Shown here piece after piece: positions 19,261 through 28,755 of a DNA stretch of 64,000 nucleotides. The notes beneath the pieces were generated by a model. The model was not told where the DNA came from, made no database searches, and saw only the letters and a program-made list of their open reading frames with translations. The stretch is from Nitrospirales bacterium (GTDB lineage: Bacteria > Nitrospirota > Nitrospiria > Nitrospirales > UBA8639), in NCBI GenBank assembly GCA_965223295.1, contig CBDCWC010000003.1, positions 96,001 to 160,000 on the forward strand, read 5' to 3'. Both the position numbers and the translations under genes were made by a program. The stretch's first letter is position 1; every line of letters begins with the position of its first letter.

Positions 19261-19924
19261 TTCGTCTTCACTCCCTTCGTAAGAAAAAAATCTGAGAATA
19301 ACTATTAAACGCTTAATCTTATAGCCCCCAGCTGAACTCACACATCAACATGAAAGAGAAAAGAGGCGCTGAACAAAGCAAGAAGCAGTATGCAGAAAAA
19401 CTCTTGGGTGGGACTATTCGTAGGCTAGCGAAACCATTTTGTTGAAGACGATCTTGGTGTTTATCGGCCTCTAATTTTTTGCGAGGCTACTGTAGGCTAA
19501 GAGCGGATTGTGGTGGTTGTGCGAGAGATGAATTCTTCCCCTCCAACAAAAGCGTGATTACTGTTCGACTTTTCTGAGCCTACAGTTCAGGCAGGTAGGT
19601 ACCTTATGCAAAAACGTTAATCAGCGTCCACGCAATAACCATGACAATTGCGATGAACCCTAACTCGTACAATGACTCCAGTTCCTGCTCCCACGTCCAA
19701 ACCGTTGACCTTATGAATTTTTGTAAAAGTTGAAAATTTAACATCATGCATCACGTCCGTTAGGAATACGTCATGAACTGATGGGGCCAATCCGTTCGGA
19801 TTCACTCCTCACCTCCTGTGCATATCCGCACAATTTTTCAGCTCTAGAGGTATGAGTCTACCCAAGCAAATGACGCACGAAAGAACCTATACCCGAAGAT
19901 TTTTTGGATTGTGAGTTCAGCAAA

Positions 19925-20248
19925 TCAGGCGAGTTTTAATCCCACCACACCGGAAATGATGAGAAGAATCGAGACCATGCGAATAGTCGTGAGCGCATCA
20001 CCAAAAAACATGACGCCAACCGCAAAGGTTCCGGCTGCTCCAATTCCCGTCCACACGGCATAGGCCGTCCCAATGGCAATGGTTCGTTGAGCAAACAGAA
20101 GCAAAGCCCCGCTAATCACAATACACCCTCCTGCAAACAAGAGCCAAGGGAGACTGGCTCCGTCATTTGTCCATCCATTCTTCAATCCTACCGGCCACCC
20201 GATTTCAAACAGCCCTGCCAGTAGCAGGCATATCCAAGCCACACTCAT
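19925..20248 (-). CDS. SMR family exporter (Gdx/SugE-like)
   Basis: AW..L..AGLFEIGW..GLK and IGTAYAVWTGIGA motifs. Four TM helices. Confidence 0.9.
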   Translation of the reverse strand: MSVAWICLLLAGLFEIGWPVGLKNGWTNDGASLPWLLFAGGCIVISGALLLFAQRTIAIGTAYAVWTGIGAAGTFAVGVMFFGDALTTIRMVSILLIISGVVGLKLA

Positions 20249-20433
20249 CGTCTCATCTCCTTTTCATATGTTGGCATCCTCTTTCACCTGACAAGAAAGA
20301 ATGCCCACCTACTACGATCGAGGGAAAAGCAGAATCTCAGAGGGACGGTCCACAGGATTTGCCAACGATAACCTCAATGGTACAATCAAGAAGACGTTCA
20401 CCTATCCTATTCACCAATTTCTGAGGAATCCTT

Positions 20434-20739
20434 ATGACGGCATTACTTGTTACGATGATCTTTGGACTGGTCTTTGTTTCTACTTCGACCCAGGCGGAGA
20501 CAAAAGAGAACTCTCTTTCTCGTTGCGAACAGTTAGCACTTGATTATTCACAACACCCTGACACGCTAGACATCACCCGCTTAAAACAACTCCAGTTCTG
20601 CATTAATCAGACACTCGCCAAACGTGAGACAACTGACCCTCCAACGATGCTGAGAGGAACGATTATTGAACCGCTCTCGCCTTCCGGCAACACCTCTGTG
20701 CCAGAGGCACCCGACCTTGGAAGCCCAGGAAAAAACTAA
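20434..20739 (+). CDS. Small secreted hypothetical protein
   Basis: SD GAGGA, signal peptide, two Cys residues. Confidence 0.6.
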   Translation: MTALLVTMIFGLVFVSTSTQAETKENSLSRCEQLALDYSQHPDTLDITRLKQLQFCINQTLAKRETTDPPTMLRGTIIEPLSPSGNTSVPEAPDLGSPGKN

Positions 20740-20818
20740 ACAGTGCCATAATTTCTTATAACCATCTTGTTTGGCATGCGATGTTTCTCATACACACCCG
20801 CAAGCGGATTACCTGAAT

Positions 20819-20991
20819 GGGACTGTTGAATCATTCAATTTCAAGTTACGATAAGGCCTTCAGAGCCATGGGGGCTTCAATTCGACGGGAATGGTCAAAA
20901 AAGTCCGCTCGCCTGCACGAAGCCGCCTTCAACCTTCATAGCCCATCGGGTTACTCCGGCGGAGTAGGCGGCGGATTTTCTCAACATTCCC
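20819..20991. mobile_element. MITE family A, copy 2
   Basis: GGGACTGTTGAA...TCAACATTCCC. TSD TGAAT on both sides. Confidence 0.85.
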
Positions 20992-20998
20992 TGAATTT

Positions 20999-22348
20999 CT
21001 AAACGACACCATACGCAAGCATGGCATTAGCGACTTTTGAAAAACCTGCGATATTGGCTCCTTTCACATAGTCAATATACCCATGTTCTTGGCCATGCCG
21101 CACGCATTCTTCATGAATGTTTGTCATAATGCCGCGTAGGCGTTTTTCTAGTTCCTCGTTAGACCACGACATACGAATACTGTTCTGCGTCATTTCTAGC
21201 CCAGAAACGGCCACACCCCCAGCATTAGAAGCCTTTCCTGGTGAGAATAAAATTTTCGCATGTTGAAATACATTGATGGCTTCTATTGTCGTTGGCATAT
21301 TGGCTCCCTCAGCAATGCCGATACAGCCATTTTTTATTAGCTCTTTCGCATCCTCATCATTCACTTCATTTTGTGTCGCGCAGGGAAAGGCTAATCGACA
21401 TGGCACAGCCCACGGCTTTTCATCCACGTGAAAGACGAGATTGTATTCTCGAGCATATTCGGCGAGTGACTGGCGCTTCACGGTTTTCAAATCAATGATA
21501 AAATTAAGCTTTTCTTGATCGATTCCATTGGGATCATGTACAAATCCTGTAGAGTCCGACATAGCAATGACCTTGGCACCGAGATGTAGTAATTTCAAAG
21601 CGGCATATTGTGCGACATTACCCGATCCTGAAATGACGCAGGTCTTTCCGGCCAAATCATCAGATTGATGTTTTAACATTTCTTCCATAAAGTACACGCA
21701 TCCAAATCCCGTCGCTTCCTTACGAATCTGGCTCCCCCCAAATTCCAGACCTTTGCCAGTCATGGTTCCTGTAAATTCATTCTTCAGGCGTTTGTATTGC
21801 CCAAACAGATAACTAATTTCTCGAGCGCCAACGCCAATATCGCCTGCAGGCACATCAATATCTTCGCCAATATGCTTGGCCAGCTCTATCATGAACGCTT
21901 GACAGAACCGCATCACCTCTCGAGCTGACTTTCCCTTAGGATTAAAATCCGCTCCACCCTTACCGGCTCCCATAGGAAGTGTCGTTAAACTGTTTTTAAA
22001 AATTTGTTCGAATCCCAAAAATTTCAGAATGCTCAGATTGACCGAGGGGTGGAAACGTAACCCTCCCTTGTAGGGGCCAATCGCGTTGTTAAATTGGACA
22101 CGATATCCGCGATTGACTCGGACGGTGCCTTCGTCGTCTTCCCAACAGACTCGAAAGATGATGATTCTATCCGGCTCGGTGAGACGTTCGAGTATTCGCT
22201 CTCTCTGGTACTGCGGAAACTTTTTGATATGGGGAATGAGATAGGTTGCCACTTCTTCCACCGCTTGATGGAATTCTGTTTCTCCAGGATTTCTTCGTTT
22301 CAAACCTGTCATGAACGTATCGAGAGATAAATCAGTGAATGCAGGCAT
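20999..22348 (-). CDS. gdhA: NADP-specific glutamate dehydrogenase
   Basis: GPYKGGLRFHP, GAGKGG, DVPAGDIGVG, GSGNVAQ, EGANMP motifs. Confidence 0.97.
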   Translation of the reverse strand: MPAFTDLSLDTFMTGLKRRNPGETEFHQAVEEVATYLIPHIKKFPQYQRERILERLTEPDRIIIFRVCWEDDEGTVRVNRGYRVQFNNAIGPYKGGLRFHPSVNLSILKFLGFEQIFKNSLTTLPMGAGKGGADFNPKGKSAREVMRFCQAFMIELAKHIGEDIDVPAGDIGVGAREISYLFGQYKRLKNEFTGTMTGKGLEFGGSQIRKEATGFGCVYFMEEMLKHQSDDLAGKTCVISGSGNVAQYAALKLLHLGAKVIAMSDSTGFVHDPNGIDQEKLNFIIDLKTVKRQSLAEYAREYNLVFHVDEKPWAVPCRLAFPCATQNEVNDEDAKELIKNGCIGIAEGANMPTTIEAINVFQHAKILFSPGKASNAGGVAVSGLEMTQNSIRMSWSNEELEKRLRGIMTNIHEECVRHGQEHGYIDYVKGANIAGFSKVANAMLAYGVV

Positions 22349-22528
22349 GACATCTCTCCTATTAGAACAAAATCAAACTTTTAACCTAGTCAATCTCTTG
22401 GACATGATACCGGTAGAAATTCCTCATTTGTCTACTAGGCAAATTTTTGCTGAGGTGCTATCAATAAAGCAAGCTTGCTTGAAATCAGAAATGCATGCGA
22501 AACCATTAAACAACTAAGGAGGTGCAGA

Positions 22529-22693
22529 ATGTTAAGTTGGGCAATTACTTTTCTCATTATCGCATTAATCGCTGGTGCAATAGGGCTGACGGGAGTAGCT
22601 GGCACCGCATCAAATATTGCTTGGATACTTTTTGTGGTATTTCTCATTATTTTTGTTGTGAGTTTGGTGATGGGCCGCCGACCTCCCGCATAG
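22529..22693 (+). CDS. DUF1328 (YtjA-like) small membrane protein
   Basis: [37 protein letters not shown]. Confidence 0.92.
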   Translation: MLSWAITFLIIALIAGAIGLTGVAGTASNIAWILFVVFLIIFVVSLVMGRRPPA

Positions 22694-23047
22694 CGAATCA
22701 ATCCCTCTCTTCCACTTTCTTTACAAGCATTAGATCGAATGCACCCAAACTAACTAATTTGATCTTTGTTGACCTTACGGATGGATAGTCGAGGAAGGAC
22801 CCGTTATTGTTCGGAAAGCGGATCTGATGAGCAAGAGGTTAGAACCTTTTTGATGAAAAATGCATTAATCCTCTAATCTTATTCACTGATGTCGCCATGA
22901 AGCAAAACCATGGCCAACCCCAATAATTCTTTTTCATTTTTCTCACTAGTAGTCAGTTGCCAGCTTTCACCTTTCCCTGTAAACTTTCTCGCAGTTTAAC
23001 TTTAACTCAGAGCTCTCTCCTCCCCAAAAATTGAATTCTCTGGCTCC

Positions 23048-23893
23048 ATGCCACACACTATTGTTCATACAAAGGAAGAATATGTTCAATTTCTTGAGAA
23101 GGCAATGCCCTTGTTACTCAGTCGAGCAAGTGACTATGCGAAGAAAATTCTTCGGGAAACAGAGCAATGGAAAGACGACGTTAGGCATGAAAAACTTGCT
23201 CTCCGTCTGGGGTACGAATTAGTTGAACGATTTATAGAATATGCACGCCATGAAATTCCTTGTCGTCCCTTTCTCTTACTAGACAGCTTTGTCGCAAAGT
23301 ATTTCAGCCAACCAAATTCCTTTCCTTACAATGATCAGGCACATACGCCGCTAGGAATCTTTATTGAGGGTCTTACTTCAAGGGCAGTCGTCAGCCGTGA
23401 CGCGCTCATAGCACAATTTACTCATTTCTATCGCCTCACACCATCACAGGTTATTCGACTGCTAGGTCTGTCAGATGAACAAAGTCAGCGAATTTACAAA
23501 AATGTGACTCGTTGGCGTCAGTCGGGCTGGCTTCGAACTATGAGAGATATTGGCTTGCCTCTACCCTCGATCACCACTCTAGAGCAGCAGCTGCAAGCCG
23601 ATCCAGATACCATCAATAACAATGCAAAGAACCTACTACTTCAGTTTCAGTCTTATTACCGAAAGAGTGAGCCGGAGCACTATCCTTGCAATAGTAAAGA
23701 AAAGTTGGAGGAGATGTTCATAGAAGGACATAGCCAGGACTATCGGACCTGGCATCTCGCGATGTGCTATACCTGCCTGGAACTAGTTTATGAATTGGGG
23801 ATCGAAGCAATATCCGACAGTGATCCGTTTAATCTCAAACTTCAAATACAGCCAACGAGCCTCGTTTCTAATATACCAATGGCAAATTTTTAA
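23048..23893 (+). CDS. Divergent sigma/HTH-like protein with C-terminal zinc anti-sigma (ZAS) motif
   Basis: Region-4-like HTH (LTPSQVIRLLGLS) and H-x24-H-x3-C-x2-C (HYPC...HLAMCYTC). Confidence 0.5.
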   Translation: MPHTIVHTKEEYVQFLEKAMPLLLSRASDYAKKILRETEQWKDDVRHEKLALRLGYELVERFIEYARHEIPCRPFLLLDSFVAKYFSQPNSFPYNDQAHTPLGIFIEGLTSRAVVSRDALIAQFTHFYRLTPSQVIRLLGLSDEQSQRIYKNVTRWRQSGWLRTMRDIGLPLPSITTLEQQLQADPDTINNNAKNLLLQFQSYYRKSEPEHYPCNSKEKLEEMFIEGHSQDYRTWHLAMCYTCLELVYELGIEAISDSDPFNLKLQIQPTSLVSNIPMANF

Positions 23894-23905
23894 GGATAAA
23901 CAGTC

Positions 23906-25093
23906 GTGAGTCATAATGAAGAGTTACTAAGATACGAGGGGCATCTTGTTCAGGCCTTATTGGATCAGCCTGAGCGAAGACAAACAGAGCCTCCTGGTTC
24001 ATTTCAAGTCTTTATCGGGACTCAAAGCCTAGGAGCATTAGAATGCGATGGGAATGCAAAAATCGAAAAAACTTTTACAGAAATTCCTGTTCAAGAGCTA
24101 ATTGAACTACGTTCTTCCTCCGGTCTTCTGTTAGGATCCCTGTATTCTGAACCTCGCAAACAAAAAACCGCAGAATTTCAGGCAGGAAATTTTTCACTGC
24201 GGCTTAAACTACAGACTGAGGATAACAAAGGGGTACTCCTTCTCACAGCCCAAAATCTCTTCAATTTTAACGGCATTTCACCTTTTCAGAGTTCGTTAAT
24301 AAACTCTACTAAACAAACCGAAAAAGACAGGAATGCATGGTCAATGGTGGCTCTTGCCGCTCAACTTCTTTTACTTGCAGGAGTCATATTCTTGGTTGTC
24401 GACCGACTTTACCACAGCAACTTCCGCATGAATGATGTCAGTAGAATTGTAGCCTCCCAAGATCAGCAACTACAAAAGATGTCACAGCAACTTTTAGACC
24501 TTCAAAGTAAATTGGAAAAGTCTCCAAGCATAATGGTGAATGATACATCCAACACATCAAAATCAGAAGGAGGCATCGTAAAAGAGAAAGGGTTAAAGGA
24601 AGCAGTTGGAGATTCTATCCTAGCCAAAAAACCTGAAACTTTAGAGCAGGGACTTTTGAAAAACCGCCCCGTGTGGGTGCGATTTAAGAAGGATCTGCCT
24701 GATTCAAGAATTCAGGAAATCTTAGCCCAAGTCCCTACACAACAACGTTATAGGACGGGACGTTGGTATACTCTCAATTTCGATCAATCTAATTCTCGAA
24801 CACCGGATTTGCCATTCAAGTCTTGGAAAGAAAGAGGAGATATTGAAATTGTCACCACCTCGACAGTTACTCACAGAGTTCAAGTCCGATTCCGAAAAGA
24901 CGCTCCAGACAATGCAGTAAATAGATTTTTCGAAGAAATTCGTGTCAAAAGGACAAAGCCAAATAACAACTGGTATGACATCGATCTCGCTCTTCCGGAT
25001 TCCGAAGAGCCAAGAGCTTTCATTGACGAATTGCCTTCGAAAAAGATAATTGATGGGATAAAAGTCGATATGGCACATTTGCCTTCTCGTTAA
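23906..25093 (+). CDS. Single-TM protein with coiled coil and duplicated periplasmic domain (anti-sigma-like)
   Basis: TM helix at about aa 145-168. Repeats V.VRF.KD.PD.....WY... Confidence 0.6.
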   Translation: MSHNEELLRYEGHLVQALLDQPERRQTEPPGSFQVFIGTQSLGALECDGNAKIEKTFTEIPVQELIELRSSSGLLLGSLYSEPRKQKTAEFQAGNFSLRLKLQTEDNKGVLLLTAQNLFNFNGISPFQSSLINSTKQTEKDRNAWSMVALAAQLLLLAGVIFLVVDRLYHSNFRMNDVSRIVASQDQQLQKMSQQLLDLQSKLEKSPSIMVNDTSNTSKSEGGIVKEKGLKEAVGDSILAKKPETLEQGLLKNRPVWVRFKKDLPDSRIQEILAQVPTQQRYRTGRWYTLNFDQSNSRTPDLPFKSWKERGDIEIVTTSTVTHRVQVRFRKDAPDNAVNRFFEEIRVKRTKPNNNWYDIDLALPDSEEPRAFIDELPSKKIIDGIKVDMAHLPSR

Positions 25094-25753
25094 CTTAAGA
25101 TCGTGTTGACAATGACCGGTCATTAAACCTCAAAGAAAGACTAGGAACGCAACAAAACGAGGGGGCGTTAGTCGCCTCTCTTTAGCATTCGAAAGACCAC
25201 TCGCACAGTCACTCACACTCATGTCCATCACCTCACTTCCAATCATTTCCTCGTCTTTTTCACAACAATATCTCTTTGAACCATCCCTAGGCCTTCACTA
25301 ACCGCGTCAAAATTGAGTCAAGTTTATTCAGACGTGAGTTAAGTAGACAATTTGGCAATAGAAGTGCCTTGTCTCTTGGGCTAGACCAGATTTCGACTTA
25401 GGATTTTACAAATACGGAGAAAAGAGTTGGCACGATCCCATGTTGCAGTTGCAACTAATCGGATTAGCTCTGCTGGTAGGAAAGGAAGTCAATGCCAGAA
25501 TTGAAAACCCATACACCATAGCGTAAAGATACGTTCCCACCTCTCTCCTACTCACTAGACTTACCACATCTTTCCCTTTTCCTTCCGCCACGATCACAAA
25601 TCTAAAATAAAGAGAGATCTAAGCACTAGACATTTGTAGATTGAATTGCTGCGTTTTGTCCGTTGTATCTCTGCGCTCGTCCCAGTTACAAGTACTCATG
25701 TAGCTTGTTCAGCAACAGCAAAACTAACCCATTCATTAACCAAGGAGGTCATT

Positions 25754-25954
25754 GTGAACCAGGAACAATTTAAAGGCAAATGGAACCAATTCAAAGGGGA
25801 GGTCAAGCAACAGTTCGGCAAACTAACCGACGATGACTTGCTCGAAATTGAAGGCGACTACGATAAATTTAAAGGGAAAGTCCAAGAACGCTATGGAGAT
25901 CAGAAAGAAGCCATTGAAGATTGGGTAGAACAATGGCACAAATCCAACACCTAA
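25754..25954 (+). CDS. CsbD family stress protein
   Basis: N..QFKGKWNQFKG.VKQ.FGKLTDDDL..I.G....GK.QERYG. GTG start with SD AAGGAGG. Confidence 0.93.
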   Translation: MNQEQFKGKWNQFKGEVKQQFGKLTDDDLLEIEGDYDKFKGKVQERYGDQKEAIEDWVEQWHKSNT

Positions 25955-26037
25955 TCCCTCACAAGAAAACCGTTAGTGTAAAATTTGAAGGGTTCATAGA
26001 GCGTAGAAATAAGTGTCAGTAATCATGAGGAGGAAAT

Positions 26038-26427
26038 ATGCGAAACAATAAACACCTAACAATTATGACAGTCTTGTTGGGCTTGATAATAGTCGGAGGC
26101 CCACATTCAGCTTTGGCTAATTGGTGGATTGAGAATCCGAATCCACACATGTCTTCCTCAAAGGAGGGTCACATCTTTTTGGTCGTGAATCAAGACCAGT
26201 TTGAGGGGCAGTGGAAACAATTCAAAGGAGAATTAAAAAAACAATGGGGGAATTTTACCGACGATGATCTACTTCAAATTGAAGGAAAGATGGAAAAGCT
26301 TGAAGGGAAAATTCAGGAAAGATATGGAGATAGAAAAGAAGAACTGAAAGAATGGATGGATGAATGGTTTGATCAGCACGCCCTTGAAGCCCAATCACCT
26401 AACACCTCGAACCTTGAGAATGATTAA
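26038..26427 (+). CDS. CsbD family protein with N-terminal signal peptide
   Basis: Signal peptide ending ALA, then NQDQFEGQWKQFKG..K.QWG.FTDDDL. Confidence 0.88.
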   Translation: MRNNKHLTIMTVLLGLIIVGGPHSALANWWIENPNPHMSSSKEGHIFLVVNQDQFEGQWKQFKGELKKQWGNFTDDDLLQIEGKMEKLEGKIQERYGDRKEELKEWMDEWFDQHALEAQSPNTSNLEND

Positions 26428-26599
26428 ATTCTTAGGAAAGATATTGAAATGTTGGGATAACTCACCTTCAAGTAAAAAAGGAACGTTTTTATTGTTTTCC
26501 ATCTAGCGATCCAATAGTAATCTTTAGGGCTTACAACGTATATAAAGAGCGCTTTCGAAAAATCTCTTCTTAAATCAAGGATTAACCATTGTTGGTTCA

Positions 26600-27019
26600 T
26601 TAACAACCCACACACACCTCCATCATTCCGGGAGAGACATGTGCGCCCGATTTGGTCGAGATGACAATGATATCATCTAGTGCATGAAGTATGATTTGGT
26701 CTATGGGTCCGTTCCGAAGCTCTGGTTGGGACAAAAGACTTTTGTAAAGCTCGTCAGCTAATTCTTCAGCTGAAAGTGGCCGTTTCATTGTGACGATGAG
26801 CCCAGTTGAATTGTAGAGATGGTCAAGACCAGCTAAGAATCCGAAAACAAAAGCGGCACGACTTCGTGTTGGTAGCTCCATCCGCTTTTTTGCTTCGGTT
26901 TCATCAGCATTCAGTATGAAGCGATTTTCGGCTGTTGAAGATACTGAAAGAAAAAGTACAAGAAAAAAAATCAAGAATTGGATACAGCCTGTTAGAGGTA
27001 GTCTGCATTTTAGTTTCAT
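26600..27019 (-). CDS. Secreted hypothetical protein
   Basis: 139-aa ORF with N-terminal hydrophobic segment and GAGG upstream. Confidence 0.55.
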   Translation of the reverse strand: MKLKCRLPLTGCIQFLIFFLVLFLSVSSTAENRFILNADETEAKKRMELPTRSRAAFVFGFLAGLDHLYNSTGLIVTMKRPLSAEELADELYKSLLSQPELRNGPIDQIILHALDDIIVISTKSGAHVSPGMMEVCVGC

Positions 27020-27455
27020 AGCAATGCCTCAGTTGAATGAGAAATCCCACAATCAAACGTTAAATAGTAACTACGTCTCTCTCAGGCGAGCAAACAATCT
27101 CTAATTGCCGATTGCTTGGATGGAATTCAGAACGATTAATAAATAATGTGACCATTGTCCATAAAAAATTGTTAACTACTCAAGTTTCAGTAAGTACAGA
27201 TAGGTTAATGCTCTCTAGAAAACTTCATCATCGACATATACGCAATGTTATTCAATCAATGACTTGAGAAACTTAGAGTTTAGTGAATGCTACGTAGTTT
27301 TCAATCTTTTTTCGGATTTTCCATTCGTACAATGGATGGTCATATAGGGACCTTAAAAGATGTGTATTTTGAAGATCAACAGTGGCTTATTCGACATCTC
27401 GTGGCTGATACAGGTCATTGGCTTTCTGGCACCTCGTCCTTTTAGGCACGGATCA

Positions 27456-27597
27456 TTTGCACAGGCTTTTGGTTCCAGCAGTATCGACTTTGAAGTAACG
27501 TGGTGGACGGACTCTAAACCGGTAGAAGTGCGGTGATCGAGTGGTAGCGGCGGTCAAAAAAGCCTTAAACGAAACTAGAATTGAAATTTCCTTTCCT
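27456..27597 (+). pseudogene. MscS mechanosensitive channel C-terminal remnant
   Basis: FAQAFGSSSIDFEVTWWTDSKPVEVR, then after a frameshift DRVVAAVKKALNETRIEISFP (MscS F..SSIDF...IEIPFP motif). Confidence 0.7.
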
Positions 27598-27702
27598 GAA
27601 CCTTGATATTTGCAGAACCATTGAAAGCATTGATAGAGCAGAATAATTTTCGTTAGTAAAAACTTACAGAAAGAAAAAAATCGCAGATGACGTATCAGGC
27701 TC

Positions 27703-28149
27703 ATGCTACTAGAAGATATTAAGTGGGCAGAAATACTATCTCACCTTTATCATCTTGTTATTGCTTATCTATTGGCGGTTCCCATTGGTTGGGATCGTGA
27801 ATACAGATCTCTGGGGGCCGGAATCCGAACCTTCCCTCTTGTTGCAATGGCTTCTTGTGGATATATGTTAACCGGAATTTACGTTCTGGAGTTAGATGAT
27901 GCAAGGTCAAGAGTAATGTATGGAATTTTGACAGGCATTGGATTCATAGGTGGTGGAGCCATCATAAAAGAAAAAGGAAATGTGGCCGGCACCGCCACAG
28001 CAGCCAGCGTTTGGAGTACTGGAGCTATTGGAATGGCCGTGGCCTGGAATCGTTTTGAAATTGCATTAGTTCTTAGCATCATGACATTTTTCTCTCTGCG
28101 ATTTGGGAAATTCCCTGCAAGCGAAACACATGCTGAAAAGTCTAAATGA
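27703..28149 (+). CDS. MgtC/SapB family membrane protein
   Basis: PIGWDRE, AGIRTFPLV, GIGFIGGGAI, GTATAASVW.TGAIG. Confidence 0.92.
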   Translation: MLLEDIKWAEILSHLYHLVIAYLLAVPIGWDREYRSLGAGIRTFPLVAMASCGYMLTGIYVLELDDARSRVMYGILTGIGFIGGGAIIKEKGNVAGTATAASVWSTGAIGMAVAWNRFEIALVLSIMTFFSLRFGKFPASETHAEKSK

Positions 28150-28755
28150 AATTTAAATTTAGCCGGGGAGAAAAAAATGATGTGCTCGTACCTCTCACCT
28201 AATCATTGATCAGCCTGAACTAGGAAAATATATCCCGAATGATTTTGGTGCTCCTATTTGGTGTTAGAGCACTATGACGACCTGCATTAGAATCCTTCCC
28301 AAATCTTGCTACCGAAAAGCCGACATGGGATGGAAGCAGGTAAAAGTTCAGAAAACTATCGGGTGCAACGATAAAGAAAAAGTTTGGGAGAATGAAGAAA
28401 AATGGCTCAATTACAACAGTGCCTATTTGTGGTCTAATAAATGTGCCTGAAAACTTTCGACGGCAAAATCCACTCCCTCCTGGACATTTAAAAGCATGCC
28501 ACCAGATTCCTTTATCGAATACAATCTGGATAACCAATTCGCTCGGTTCGTTATTTGAATATTCAGAACTGGGCGAGCATTGCCTTCCAATAGAAGAGGA
28601 CATTTAATTTTATCCAAAACGATGTCAACGCCTAAGGTGCCAAAGGCATTCTCGTTGAGAGGCGACCCATTGCCATCACCGGAACACCTAATAGAACAAT
28701 AACCCGCATGTCGCCCCCCCTTGATAGCTAATTAACTCAAAAAACAGGTCAGCAT

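Noticed and set aside
12910-19490. att-site direct repeat CGAGGCTA bounding the island
   Set aside because: Only 8 bp with no tRNA target, so compatible with chance.
20249-20430. Guanidine riboswitch upstream of the Gdx/SugE-like SMR gene
   Set aside because: No twin ACGR hairpins and no ykkC-I or ykkC-III consensus visible by eye. cmscan would be needed to exclude it fully.
22436-22451. Sigma54 promoter upstream of DUF1328
   Set aside because: The GG-GC spacing is 9 nt, not the required 10.
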